Origin: an uncultured Armatimonadetes bacterium
Lineage (GTDB): Bacteria; Armatimonadota; Hebobacteria; Hebobacterales; Hebobacteraceae
Assembly: GCA_963716175.1 (NCBI GenBank)
Contig: OY970296.1
Coordinates: 1,952,001-2,016,000 of the forward strand
Length of the DNA stretch: 64,000 nucleotides
Direction: 5' to 3'
Position numbers and translations under genes: made by a program. Under the pieces are notes generated by a model. It was given only the letters and a program-made list of their open reading frames with translations, did no database searches and had not been told where the DNA came from. Shown here piece by piece: positions 8,352-19,111 of this stretch. How positions within the stretch are numbered: the first letter of the stretch is position 1; every line of letters begins with the position of its first letter.

Positions 8352-10081
8352 TGTACGTCGTCAGCGATTCTGGGACAAAGGCCAAGCTACAGGGTGAGCT
8401 GATCTGAGTCGGTGTTCCTGCTCCTGGGCGGCGAAATGTACAAGCGAGAAAGGAGCAGGGAGATGGAGGAATCGCTGAGGGCCGATGGCAGTGAGGGGCT
8501 AGAGCAACCGGTGGTGAGCCCGGGGCCGGCTCGCAAGCGAGGGGAGACCCCGCGGCAGCAGATGCTACTCTGCGAAGTAGCTTCGCTACGTAGCACGAGT
8601 CCGGAAGGCCAAGGGTGTCACCCGTCGGCACTTCACCGCCGAGGACAAGATCCGGATCGTGATGGAGGGCATCCAAGGGGAGATCCCGGTCTCGGAGCTG
8701 TGCCGGCGGGAGCGGCTGCACACCACGGTCTATTACCGCTGGCTCAAGGACTTCCTGGAGGGGGGCAAGAAGCGGCTGCGAGGGGATGTGCTGCGGGAGG
8801 CGGGTCGGGAGGAAGTGGCGGCGCTGAAAGAGGAGAATGCCCGGCTCAAGTGGCTAGGCGCAAGCGCCGCCATCCCGGTCCACAGGACCTAGGGACAGTT
8901 GGTGGCGGACTATGCCCTTGACCTGATGGCGCTCAAAAAAAGTCTGATGGCGGAGCGATGACCAAACAGCGCCGTCGGGAGATTGTGGAGCTGGTGGCCA
9001 AGTCACCCCATACGGTGGCGGCGACAGTGGCTGAGATCGGGGTCTCCAAGAGCAGCTTCTACCGCTGGCGCGCCCGGATTGAGTCCGGCTGGAGGCCCCG
9101 GCTGAAGAAGGCGGTCTGGAATGAGTTGCGCCCAGAGGAGCGCCAAATCGTGCTCCAGCAGGCTCTGGCGCAGCCCCACCTGAGCGCCCGGGAGCTGGCC
9201 TGGTGGCTCTGCGACCACGCCAATTTCAGCGTTTCTGAGTCCACCGTGGCGCGCCTCCTGAAGGCCCACGGGCTGCTGCCTAGGCGGGGCCCCGAGCAAG
9301 AGCCGGCCGGGAAGGAGTGGCGCCACAAGACCCGCCGCATCAACCAGATCTGGCAGAGCGACGCCACCCGCTTTTTCATCCCGGGCTGGGGCCACTACTG
9401 GCTGGTGTCGGTGCTCGACGATGGCTAGGCCTGCGGCCGCCATGGCGGTCACCCTCGGTGACCTAGCCACTACTCCCGGCGCCTGCTGGCCTGGGAACTG
9501 GTATCCGACATCCAGGCGGAGAGCCTGGTGGCGGTGATCCAGCGGGCAGTGGAAGTCACCGGGGTGACCGCAGCGCCCCTGGTGGAGCGGCCGGCGGTGC
9601 TCACCGACAATGGCTCAGGCTACATCGGCAAGGTGATGCAGAAGTACCTGAAGGCCCTGGACCTGCGCCATCTGCGAGCCCGCTCCCATCATCCCCAGAC
9701 CACCGGCAAGCTTGCCCGCCTCTGGCGGGATCGAGCGGGTGCACCGCACGCTGAAGGATGACGTGGAGCTGGTGGTGCGGATGAGCCCGGGCGAACTGCG
9801 GGCAGCGATCGCCCAGTTCGTGGCTTACTACAACTCCCAGCGCTACCACGAGGTTTACCCGCCTCTGGCGAGGCGCTGCACAACGTCACCCCGGACGACG
9901 TCTGGTTCGGCCGCAGGGAGGAGATTCTGGCCCGGCGAAGAGCGCTCCAGATCCGCACCGTGATCGCGCGCCGGGAACGCTACCGCCGGCTGAGGGGCCA
10001 GTGCAAGAATACAAGAGCGGGAACACCGGAGGTGTAGCTAACGCAAGACCCCTCTTGTCCCAGTCACGCTGACGCCGGACA
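8352..10081 (+). mobile_element. IS3-family element (inactivated)
   Basis: Terminal IRs TGTACGTCGTCAGCGATTCTGGGACAA / TTGTCCCAGTCACGCTGACGCCGGACA; orfA HTH, A7G slippery site at 8935-8942, orfB rve; no TSD seen. Confidence 0.9.
8463..10037 (+). pseudogene. IS3 transposase orfAB broken by five short palindromic insertions
   Basis: KIRIVMEG..ELCRRE..YYRW (orfA); WQSD, LTDNGS, GKIER DDE motifs; frames restored by removing 8564-8600, 8851-8895, 9422-9469, 9711-9729, 9853-9872. Confidence 0.9.
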
Positions 10082-10445
10082 ACTCGTGGCTCCAGTTTCC
10101 CCCGGGAGACCGCCCGCCGCACCACCTGCGTATGCCGCCGTGTCATCACGGCCCATTGCTCTCGCTGGCCTGCCGCCCGAAGGCCCGCCCGTCACCTGAC
10201 TCCTGGGCCGGTTTGGTGGGCCGATTCGGCGGCTCCATTCGGAAAGCGGCCAACGGCCGGCCTCAGCAGAAGCGCTCCTGGGGCATCCTGAACCCCGTTG
10301 GGCCCATTGGGCCGGATGGGCCGGTTTCTGCGGCATGAAAGACTGCTAAGCGGCGAGGAGATCGGTCCCCTTATGCGAGCGCCCGTTGGCCATGAGGGTT
10401 TCGATATCTGCATTTCGTAGGGAATTGTTGCCCACCGCGAGCTTC

Positions 10446-10563
10446 GGAAGCCGTTCGATGCAGAGAAGGTTCGATGACAGCAACATTCCCTCCACCACTT
10501 GGGAATTGAACCCCGGTCTGGCGACCCCTCGTTCCCAGGTCAGCTCCTCGATGGCCATAACCG
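10446..10563 (+). repeat. 118-bp direct repeat, copy 1, with att-like GGTTCGA-N15-CTCCACCA-N8-TTGAACC motif
   Basis: Highly similar to 17103-17220. Confidence 0.85.
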
Positions 10564-10639
10564 TCGTCCTCGGCCCAGTCGCAGGGCGCGGTGACCGGCT
10601 CGGCGAACCCCATTCCAGTATCTACGGGAAGGGAGAGCG

Positions 10640-11077
10640 ATGGCATTAGCACAGGGGCAAGAGAGGGACCGCCCCGGTGTAGCTTGGGCGCTGCTGGTAG
10701 CACGAGTCACCGTGGGGGTCATCTTCATGGCCCACGGCTCCCAGAAGCTGTTCGGGGCGTTCGGCGGACTGGGGCTGGCGGGAGTCGTGAAGATGATGGG
10801 GCCCATTGGCTATCTCGTGACCGTGGATGAGTTCTTCGGCGGGCTCGGGCTGCTGGTCGGGGTCTTGTCCAGGTTCTCGGCCTTCTGGCTGATCGTGGAT
10901 ATGATCGGCGCGATCGCACTGGTTCACGGCAAGAACGGGTTCTTCCTGGGAGCGAAGCCCGGCTTCGAATACAACCTGGCGCTGATTGGCCTGCTCGCGG
11001 CCATCCTGCTCGCGGGGCCGGGAAGGTTCAGCCTGGGGCGGTGGTTGCCCCTGCCCCGCCATGTCGTCCTGGAGTAA
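10640..11077 (+). CDS. DoxX family membrane protein
   Basis: RVTVGVIFMAHGSQKLFG...EFFGG...GFEYNL...GPGRFSL. Confidence 0.9.
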   Translation: MALAQGQERDRPGVAWALLVARVTVGVIFMAHGSQKLFGAFGGLGLAGVVKMMGPIGYLVTVDEFFGGLGLLVGVLSRFSAFWLIVDMIGAIALVHGKNGFFLGAKPGFEYNLALIGLLAAILLAGPGRFSLGRWLPLPRHVVLE

Positions 11078-11133
11078 CCGCGAGACCGGATTCGCGGAGC
11101 TGCAGATTCTGGCCCCTATTGGTCTGCTCTACC

Positions 11134-12114
11134 ATGCGATCATCTGTACGCCGGGTCCGGACAGCCTTACTGCTACTCTCTATGCTGCTGTGCGCCGTGC
11201 TGTTCGTGTGCTACTTGTGGCGTCCGGACCGGGCGACTGCCGTCACGGTTATCCCGCCGCTGATCTGGGTTGCAGCGGGCCTCAGCCTGGCCATGTTGGG
11301 CCTGGGCCGCGCACGGCTACTGGCGGTCCTGCTGTGGGTCGTATTCCTGCTTGCGTTCGCGGAGCCCTTCAGCTTCGTGCGCGGGCTGCGCGGGCCGGAG
11401 GCCGGGTTCAACGTCGCGCGGACACAGGGGAAGGCGGTGCGGGTGATCACGATCAATGCGGCGGGGGCGGCAGAGGCGCTGGAGCAGGTGGTGCAGTATG
11501 CCCCTGACATCGTTGTAGTGCAGGAGCCGCCGGCCCCTGAGCACGTGGAGGAGGTGGCGAGGAAGCTGTTCGGCCTGCAGGTGGGGGTGGTATGCGGCAC
11601 CGATTGTGACATCCTGTATCGGGGCCGGCCGCCGGCCGACAAGAGGCGGCGGACGACGGCGCGAGCGCGGGTGGAGCTGGGCTCCGGGGAGGAGATCGCG
11701 GTGCTCGGCACGCACCTGGCATCGACGCGGCCCTCTTTCCACCTGTGGCGGCGCGACCGGTGGCACCGGCTGGCACAGGACCGCCGGATGCGGCGCGAGG
11801 AGATGCGAGAGGTGGTGGGAGCCGTGGACGCGGTGCCGGCCGGCAGGCCGATCATCTTGGCCGGCGACTTCAATGCACCGGCCGGAGACGCGGTGTTCCG
11901 AATGCTTCGCCCGCGGCTGCGGGACGCGTTCGCGGAGGCCGGGCGGGGCTGGGGGAACACCTGGTCGAGCAACCTGCCACTGGTGCGGATCGACCAGGTG
12001 TGGATCAGCAGGGAGTGGCGCGCGGTGAATGTGGTAACGCATCGGGCGGGGCCGTCGGATCATCGGATGGTGCTATGCGATCTAGAGCGGAGAGAGGAGA
12101 AAGGGTGGAGGTGA
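11134..12114 (+). CDS. membrane-anchored endonuclease/exonuclease/phosphatase family protein
   Basis: PDIVVVQE, AGDFNA, RIDQVW, SDHR motifs; N-terminal TM helices. Confidence 0.9.
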   Translation: MRSSVRRVRTALLLLSMLLCAVLFVCYLWRPDRATAVTVIPPLIWVAAGLSLAMLGLGRARLLAVLLWVVFLLAFAEPFSFVRGLRGPEAGFNVARTQGKAVRVITINAAGAAEALEQVVQYAPDIVVVQEPPAPEHVEEVARKLFGLQVGVVCGTDCDILYRGRPPADKRRRTTARARVELGSGEEIAVLGTHLASTRPSFHLWRRDRWHRLAQDRRMRREEMREVVGAVDAVPAGRPIILAGDFNAPAGDAVFRMLRPRLRDAFAEAGRGWGNTWSSNLPLVRIDQVWISREWRAVNVVTHRAGPSDHRMVLCDLERREEKGWR

Positions 12115-12148
12115 TGCTGCCCAGGAGAGGTACCGTGGTGAGGTGGCC

Positions 12149-12313
12149 GACGGCCCCGGCCACCCCCGACTCCGGCTGCCCCCTCGGCTGGGAGGCATTG
12201 CCAGGGTCTCCGTCACCACCCATCGTAGACGACTCTTCCCCGACACGCGAGTCACAGCCTTCCGGTTGGCGGCGTGATGTCAGGCCGGCTTCACCGGTGC
12301 GTGACAGGGACAC
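12149..12313 (+). repeat. junction hairpin repeat copy 1 (G-type left flank, type I extension)
   Basis: GACGGCCCCGGCCACCCCCGACTCCGGCTGCCCCCTCGGCTGGGAGGC plus ~100-bp extension shared with 24381 and 37857. Confidence 0.9.
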
Positions 12314-12367
12314 GTAGACTCATGACGCGCCGGTAAGACTGAGAGAATCCCGACGTCTGCCCGCCGA

Positions 12368-15300
12368 TCACACGGTGGCTGGGGCCGCGTCCACGGCGAG
12401 CAGCGCTTCCGCGTGCACAGCGAAGCGTTCGAATTCCTCTCTCACTCGTTCGAATTGTTCGCGCATCTCGGCAAGAGACCCACTGCGACTCACGCCCTCC
12501 AACACAGCCGCGGCCGCGCTCAGCGCGTCCGCTGACACCATCGCCGCTCCCCCCTTCAGCCTATGGCCGAACGCTGAGACGGCCGTCGCGTCCCCTCGCG
12601 CCAGCGCGTCCCCGAGTTCAATCAGCTCATGCGGAGTGCGTGCGACAAACACCCCAACGACCTTCCGCAGCAAAGCGAGATCCCCCGCGCAACGCGCCAG
12701 GGCGCCTTCGTAGTCAAAGGAAGCCGCCACTGTCGAGGAGCCCGAGGGTCGGCCGATCGCCTGCATCGGGAGAGTTCGCGCCTGCGTGGACAGCGACAGA
12801 GTTCCTTTGCTGGAGGGGGCCCATTTGGCGATCATCTCAAGCAGACTCTCCGGCGAGACCGGCTTAGTGAGGTAGTCGTCCATGCCCGCGGCCAAGCACT
12901 CCTCGCGGTCAGCGGTCGTCGCAGAGGCCGTCAGGGCGATGATGGGGAGGTGCGTGCTAGGAGTGAGGGCGGCGCGGGCGCGGATTCGCCGCGCGGCGGT
13001 ATAACCATCCATCTCCGGCATTTGGCAGTCCATCAGCACAAGGTCGTAACTGCGGCTGGTGGCAAGGGCAACCGCCTCCACACCATTGGCAGCGATATCA
13101 CACTGCAGACCTTCGCTCTTCAGTATCCCCTGAGCCACCAACTGGTTGGTCTCGTTGTCCTCAGCCAGCAGAATGCGCAGGTCGCGCGGCAAGGAAGGGG
13201 CATGGGAGGTGGACGCCGCACGAAGCGGCGATGGGTGGCCAGGCCGCCCGCCTGAGAGATGCAGCGCGTCCATCAGCGCGTCGAGCAGGGCTGACTGCCG
13301 TACCGGTTTGGTCAGGAACCTCGATACGCCGAGGGCCTGGTACTGCCGCCGGTCCAGACCAGAACCGATCGAAGTGAGTATGATCAGGACAGTCCCACTG
13401 ACCTTCGGATTGCCACGGACTGCCTGCGTCAGTTCCAGACCATCCATCCCAGACATCTGGTCATTGACCAGCGCGATGCGGAAGGGATTCCCTTGGTTCG
13501 CGGCCTCCAGCAGGAGATCGAGTGCCTCAGATCCATGAGCCGCGGCTACGCTCGTGATGCCCCAAGTTCCCAGTTGAGCCTGAAGAACCTGACGCTTGAT
13601 CGCATTGTCATGGACTATAATCACCCTTGCCTTGCGGAGGTCCGGGCTCCCGTCAGCACCCTGGGATGGCTGTGCCGCGGCCCCGCGCCGGAGAGGAAGC
13701 GTGAACCAGAACGTTGTCCCATGAGAGAGAACGCTCCCCACTCCGATCGTCCCCCCCATCAGCTCGACAAGGCGTTTGGAGATCGCCAGTCCCAGCCCAG
13801 TTCCACCGTACTTCCGCGTGGTTGAGGCATCCGCTTGAGAGAAGGACTGGAAGAGCCTGTCGAGTCGGTCTGCCTCGATGCCCGGTCCCGAGTCTTGCAC
13901 TGAAAGGTGAGCCACCCCATGCTCTTCGTCGATTGCCTCCCATCGGCATCCGAGCACCACCTGCCCCTGCTCGGTGAACTTGAGCGCGTTCCCGATGAGG
14001 TTGCTCAACACCTGCCGCAGACGGTGGCTGTCGCCGACCATCGGGCGCGGCAACTCGGGGGGCAGATCAGGTATCAGCTCGAGCTTCTTCTTCTGCGCCT
14101 GCTCGGCGAAAGCCTCCAGGACGCTCTCCAACGTGTCACGCAGATCGAACGTCGCCTGCTCTACCTGCATCATCCCGGCCTCGATCTTGGAGAAGTCGAG
14201 GATATCGTTGATCAGGCTGAGCAGCAGATCGGCGGAGTAGACGATGGTGCTGGCATACTGCTTCTGCTGTTCATCGAGTTCGGTCTTCAGCAGGAGCCCG
14301 GCCATGCCGACGACCCCGTTCAGGGGCGTGCGGATCTCGTGGCTCAAGTTGGCCAGGAATCGGCTCTTCGCTTCCGTTGCTGCTTTCGCTTGCTCGGCCA
14401 TCTCCTCCGCGTGCTGCCGGGCTTCGGTCAGCTCGGCGTTCGACTCAGCTAGTCGACTGTTCAGCAGGCCAACATCTTGGTACAGCCTGATGTTGTCGGA
14501 GTAAGCCAGTACCTGCCGGATCATGACTAACGCCATGAATGCGAAGCCGATCAGGACTACCCCTAACGAGACGAAGCCGTCTTCCTGTACGTCCTGAGTA
14601 AGCACGAACGCGAATGCGGAGAATGCCAGGAGGTAAGGCAGGATGGAGCGGAGAGAGTCGCCCCGGTGAACGTGAATGGGAACCGTAAGAAGCGCCGTCG
14701 GAGCACCTGTCGAATTGGCTGCGGCGCGCGCCGCAACGAGAGGAGCGCACGCAATGAGAGTGCACCCGACGTTCCAGCCCAAGTCGCCCCACTGCCCGCT
14801 CTGGTACCTGGCTGTCGCGACGGAGAACCAGTAGATAGCATCCGCAACTGACATCGCAAGCATGCCCACGGCAAGGGTCCCCATCGCCAATCGCACCCCC
14901 CGTGCCAACCGCGCCGTTGACATGAGCGCGGCCACGCACACCAACACCGCGAGATCGCCGAGGCAGTACGCGATGTTGACGCTCTTGCCGAATACCGAGA
15001 TCTCGGACTGGCGCCAGAGCGGCCCCACCAGGTAGTACCAACTGAGGACCCCCGCGGCGCTTGTGAGCAGAGCACTGTCCAGGAGGAGACGCGCTTTGCC
15101 GGCGAAGGACAGCGGTTTCAGAAAACACAGGGTGCCTGCCAACAGCGGGACGTAGAACGCGACGTAGAAGAGATCGGCCCAGCTTGGAGTCAGGACACTG
15201 ACGTGTCGTATGACCTCGTAGTACGTCCAGACAAGATCGCCCAGCATGTAGATGAAAACGGCGATCCCGATCAGCAGCCAGCCCGAGCTTTGCCACGGTG

Positions 15301-15529
15301 AGTGACGCCTGATCTGCCGGGCGCACCACAGGCACGTGACTGCAGCCCCAAGCTGAATCGGGATCGCGATAGGATCCCAGTACGCGAGGAACACCTTCTC
15401 TGACCCAGGCTTGAACAGCGCCAACACCACGGTGCCCAGTAGGTACAGACCGAACAGGACGAACGGAACGACCCAACTGCGGCCGCTCCTCCTGAGGCCG
15501 GTCCATGCACCATGGAGTGCTGCGATCAT
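12368..15529 (-). CDS. hybrid sensor histidine kinase (multi-TM, HisKA, HATPase, 2 REC, Hpt)
   Basis: [43 protein letters not shown] motifs. Confidence 0.95.
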   Translation of the reverse strand: MIAALHGAWTGLRRSGRSWVVPFVLFGLYLLGTVVLALFKPGSEKVFLAYWDPIAIPIQLGAAVTCLWCARQIRRHSPWQSSGWLLIGIAVFIYMLGDLVWTYYEVIRHVSVLTPSWADLFYVAFYVPLLAGTLCFLKPLSFAGKARLLLDSALLTSAAGVLSWYYLVGPLWRQSEISVFGKSVNIAYCLGDLAVLVCVAALMSTARLARGVRLAMGTLAVGMLAMSVADAIYWFSVATARYQSGQWGDLGWNVGCTLIACAPLVAARAAANSTGAPTALLTVPIHVHRGDSLRSILPYLLAFSAFAFVLTQDVQEDGFVSLGVVLIGFAFMALVMIRQVLAYSDNIRLYQDVGLLNSRLAESNAELTEARQHAEEMAEQAKAATEAKSRFLANLSHEIRTPLNGVVGMAGLLLKTELDEQQKQYASTIVYSADLLLSLINDILDFSKIEAGMMQVEQATFDLRDTLESVLEAFAEQAQKKKLELIPDLPPELPRPMVGDSHRLRQVLSNLIGNALKFTEQGQVVLGCRWEAIDEEHGVAHLSVQDSGPGIEADRLDRLFQSFSQADASTTRKYGGTGLGLAISKRLVELMGGTIGVGSVLSHGTTFWFTLPLRRGAAAQPSQGADGSPDLRKARVIIVHDNAIKRQVLQAQLGTWGITSVAAAHGSEALDLLLEAANQGNPFRIALVNDQMSGMDGLELTQAVRGNPKVSGTVLIILTSIGSGLDRRQYQALGVSRFLTKPVRQSALLDALMDALHLSGGRPGHPSPLRAASTSHAPSLPRDLRILLAEDNETNQLVAQGILKSEGLQCDIAANGVEAVALATSRSYDLVLMDCQMPEMDGYTAARRIRARAALTPSTHLPIIALTASATTADREECLAAGMDDYLTKPVSPESLLEMIAKWAPSSKGTLSLSTQARTLPMQAIGRPSGSSTVAASFDYEGALARCAGDLALLRKVVGVFVARTPHELIELGDALARGDATAVSAFGHRLKGGAAMVSADALSAAAAVLEGVSRSGSLAEMREQFERVREEFERFAVHAEALLAVDAAPATV

Positions 15530-15660
15530 CTCAGTGCTCTCGCGTTCATCCGGTCACTCGCGAGCGGCTCCCCATTCTGATCGTGGTCTCCGGCGGCGCG
15601 CACGCGCGCCTGGCTCTCTGGCGCGCGTTGGGGCGTTCTCGTTGCCTTCCACACCAGTTG

Positions 15661-16293
15661 TCACCGCAGGGGGTGGGTCCAAGCGACGTTCAGTATGACC
15701 AGATTCGATTCGCTGCGTGTATTCGGCAAAGCGTAAGCTAGATTCACAGCCACACCCGGGCGAATCTCATGGTAGATACCAAGACCCCTGTAGCCGACAG
15801 ACCAGCTGGCGCAATCCGCGAGCAGGTAGTCCTTCTCTCCGATCTGCTTGTCGACCCCGAATAGCGTCGCCCTGCTTCCCCCGGACGCTGCGCCGCCGAA
15901 GTGCAATCTCAGGCCCCGCCCTATGTCCTTCGTCGCAACCAGGTAGCTCGTTGGCGGGAAGCCAGACCCGAGTTCCATACAGCCAACCGCCACCGCCGGC
16001 CGCCCGTGCTTCTCCGAGCAGGCAAGCCACTTTCCGTTGAATACGATGTCATTCGATGAGCCGACTGAGTACAGGTCAGCTCCCAGCTCGAGTCGCGGAT
16101 TCTGTGCGTATTCGAGCAACATGCAGCTCTCAGCTGCTGGACCGAACAGGTGTGGGGCCCCGTCATTTTCGAGTTCGATTCTCAGGTTGCCGACCTCCAG
16201 CATGTCGGCCGTGGGGATGATGTTCGACGAGGTCGGAAAGCCCCAGACGACCGTTGTCGTCGTCAAGAGCGCGAGAGCGACGAGCAATCTCAT
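15661..16293 (-). CDS. secreted hypothetical protein (beta-barrel-like)
   Basis: Signal peptide MRLLVALALL; NIIPTAD motif; alternating beta-strand pattern. Confidence 0.7.
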   Translation of the reverse strand: MRLLVALALLTTTTVVWGFPTSSNIIPTADMLEVGNLRIELENDGAPHLFGPAAESCMLLEYAQNPRLELGADLYSVGSSNDIVFNGKWLACSEKHGRPAVAVGCMELGSGFPPTSYLVATKDIGRGLRLHFGGAASGGSRATLFGVDKQIGEKDYLLADCASWSVGYRGLGIYHEIRPGVAVNLAYALPNTRSESNLVILNVAWTHPLR

Positions 16294-16400
16294 TCCCGCT
16301 CCTGTTCCTGGCAACAGCAGTTCCGGCGGCGGCTGTTCGATCCCCCAGGTCCGAGGCGCCGGATATGGGGGAAGACGCACGAACGCTGTTAAGGCGCTTG

Positions 16401-16766
16401 CTACTCGTTGAGAAGAACGGCCAGGACCTCCGATACCATTTTGGAGTCGAAAGGCTTCAGCAGGCAAAGGCCAGCGCCAGCGGACAAGGCCTCACCCACA
16501 CGCTCGTCATGCGCCGAAGCCGTGATCATGACGAAGGTCGCCTTCGGGAGGACCGGGCGGATCGCTCGAAGGACCTCGAGTCCGTCCAGTTCGGGCATCT
16601 TGATATCGAGTAAGACGACATCGAACGCTTGGCTACGGGCCGCGAGGATGCCGAGTCGAGGCGATGTGTGAGTGGTCACCTGATGGCCCTGCTTGGTCAG
16701 AATGTCGCTGAGCAGTGTGCAGACGATCTCGTCATCATCGACCACCAGCGCCTTCAGCGAACGCAT
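16401..16766 (-). CDS. single-domain response regulator (CheY-like)
   Basis: VVDDD, LLDIKMPELDG, MITA, KPF. Confidence 0.92.
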   Translation of the reverse strand: MRSLKALVVDDDEIVCTLLSDILTKQGHQVTTHTSPRLGILAARSQAFDVVLLDIKMPELDGLEVLRAIRPVLPKATFVMITASAHDERVGEALSAGAGLCLLKPFDSKMVSEVLAVLLNE

Positions 16767-17102
16767 GTTCCCCTCTTTCCCGAGTAGACTGGGCCACTAC
16801 CGTATTCATCTTCATCCACTTAACCATTCTCTGATTCCATACCTGAGCCCCAGGATGACGTCAACTGGCGACGAAACCCCGTGGGTGTGTCACGTCGTTG
16901 AGACACTGATTCCTAGGCAGATGCGGGCTTTGCTGACCTCAGAGGCGCGGGCACGGGAACGACACAGCCGTGGGGATGGGACGGCGATCATAGAGCTGGC
17001 AACGCCTACCAGGGCGCGGCCGGGGGCCCGGAGTCGCGAGGCGCGGCAGAGCGCGTTTCGAAGCGCACGAGTCCCTACCAAACGTCCCTGGCATCGAACT
17101 CC

Positions 17103-17220
17103 CGAAGCCGTCCGATGCGGAGAAGTTTCGATGACAGCAACATTCCCTCCACCACTTGGGAATTGAACTCCGGTCTGGCGGCCCCCCGTTCCCAGGTCAG
17201 CTCCTCGATGGCGATAGCCG
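17103..17220 (+). repeat. 118-bp direct repeat, copy 2
   Basis: Highly similar to 10446-10563. Confidence 0.85.
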
Positions 17221-17318
17221 CTGTTGTCGGCCTAGCGCCAGAACTGGCGTTATCGGCCCAGAACGAGCGTTCCCCGTCGAGACGGATGCAGCGCAAGGGG
17301 GTGGGTCAGTTTCCGATG

Positions 17319-18719
17319 AACTATCATAGAAGCGGCTTGCCCTCGCGGTGCCGAATCAGAGGCCTGACCGATAGCCTCAGAGGAGGACAAGCCAGAGATG
17401 CTCTATGTGGGATTGGATGTGCACAGCCAGTGGACCACGCTCCGGGGCTTCGATCCCGAGACCGGCGAGATCGTGGAGCGTGCGCGCATCAGCAATGAGC
17501 CGGAGGTGATGGCCGTCGTGCTCGGGGAGCTGCCCGGCCCTTTGCACGGGGTGATGGAGACGGGAACCAATGCCTGGTCCATGTATCGCGTGCTGAAGCC
17601 CTACTTCGCCCGCCTGGTGATCGCGGACCCGGCGCAGTTGTGGGATCGCAAGCGGGATCGTAGTGCGAAGACGGATCGGCGAGATGAGATGCCCTGCGCA
17701 TGGCGCAGAAGCTGTATCGGGAAGAGATCAAGGGGATCTATGTACCGGACGAGCATACCCAGGATCTGCGGGTATTGGTGCGGGGCAAGGTGCGAGCGAC
17801 CCGGTGGGTGACGAAGCTGGTGAACGAGATCGGATCGTTGTTGCGGTGCTGGGGGGAGGTCGAGTCCAAGAGCCTGCTCTCGAAGCGGGGGAAGGACCAC
17901 TTGGACGCCGCGCAGTTGCCGGGACATTCGGCGCGGGTGCTGGAGCTGTGGCGAGAGATGCTGGAGAAGGCGCAGGAGATCGAGGCGGAGCTGGAGGTGG
18001 CGATCAAGGAAGAGGCCGAGCGTGACGCGGTTTGCGCGCAGTTGCGCACGATGCCCTCGGTAGGGCCCTTCACCGCGTTGGCGGTGCGAGCCGAGATCGG
18101 CGACATTCGACGCTTCCCCAGTTCGGCGGCATTGATCTCCTATGCCGGCCTGGCACCACGCGTCTTCCAGAGCGGAGAGCACTGCCGCTATGGGCCCTTG
18201 GGACACCGGGGCAATCCCTGGCTGCGGTACGCACTGGGCCTGCTGGCGAACCGGATGGCCTGCCAGGGCAAGGGCAGTCGCCTGCATCAGCGCTACTGGC
18301 GGATCCAGCTGCGGGGGCATCGCAATGGCGCCAAGATGGCCGTGGCGCGAAAGGCCACGCATCTGATCTACCATCTCTTGCGCACCGGGCAGCCGTGGCG
18401 GGAACTGGCACCGGAGGAGCACGTGCAGGTCACGGTTTGATCGCGAGCGGCTGGAGCTCGCACCCTTGGCGGGAGCACTCCCCCTCAATCGGCTAGCCGC
18501 GCAGACGGCTCTCGATGAACTGGGAGGCTCCCCATCCGCGACGATAGCATGCGCCCCGGAGCGCCGATAGCGAACTCGCGAGAAACCAGCCGCGCACAGA
18601 TCCTGGGCGAGCCACGGCGGGCTCCACCACAGCGGGGGTTCCGCCCTTGCGGCTCGCGGAGAACGCATGTGACGTGAGGAAAGAAGGCACTGATGAGGAC
18701 TTGACGCCGCTTCTATAGC
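17319..18719 (+). mobile_element. IS110-family, IS1111-type element (ends approximate)
   Basis: Sub-terminal IRs ATAGAAGCGGC (17326-17336) / GCCGCTTCTAT (18706-18716); TTGACG at the right end, TATCAT at the left end; ~260-bp downstream non-coding region. Confidence 0.8.
17398..18440 (+). pseudogene. IS110 transposase frameshifted by a GAGAT duplication (17681-17690)
   Basis: YVGLDVH, VMETG, KTDRRDA, YAGLAPRVFQSG, AVARK; removing 5 bp joins the two ORFs. Confidence 0.9.
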
Positions 18720-19111
18720 GCGCCGATTGACAGTCCGTTGCGCCCGGCGTCTCCCACTTCGTCCCAGACCCACTCGATTGGACCAGGCTGGCGCGGATGT
18801 ACAGCCTCCTCGAAGGGTACGGCAAGGGCAACCGAGTGGAGACGGTCGCGGTCGGAAGGGGTGCTTTCCTGGTTCCCCGGTCGGTGCCGGTGCCCTCGCT
18901 TCCCTAGCGGGGATAGGCGACCGCATTCGCGGGCACTGCCCCACAGCTCTGTGCAGATCACTCAGCGTGCTGATGAGCGATGCCAACGACCAACCGGCCC
19001 GCGGTGCCGGATCCCACACCCAGCCTCCCCGGCTCGTCCGGCCCGCTTCCCATACCCCTGCGGCCGCCGGGGTGGAATGCGCCGGTGAGGGGGCGGCCGA
19101 GTTGGCGGCCG

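Noticed and set aside
10346-10558. ORF MAIEELTWERG.. (and 17075-17296) as a real gene pair
   Set aside because: Similarity is confined to the 118-bp repeat; no clear RBS; better explained as non-coding att-like DNA
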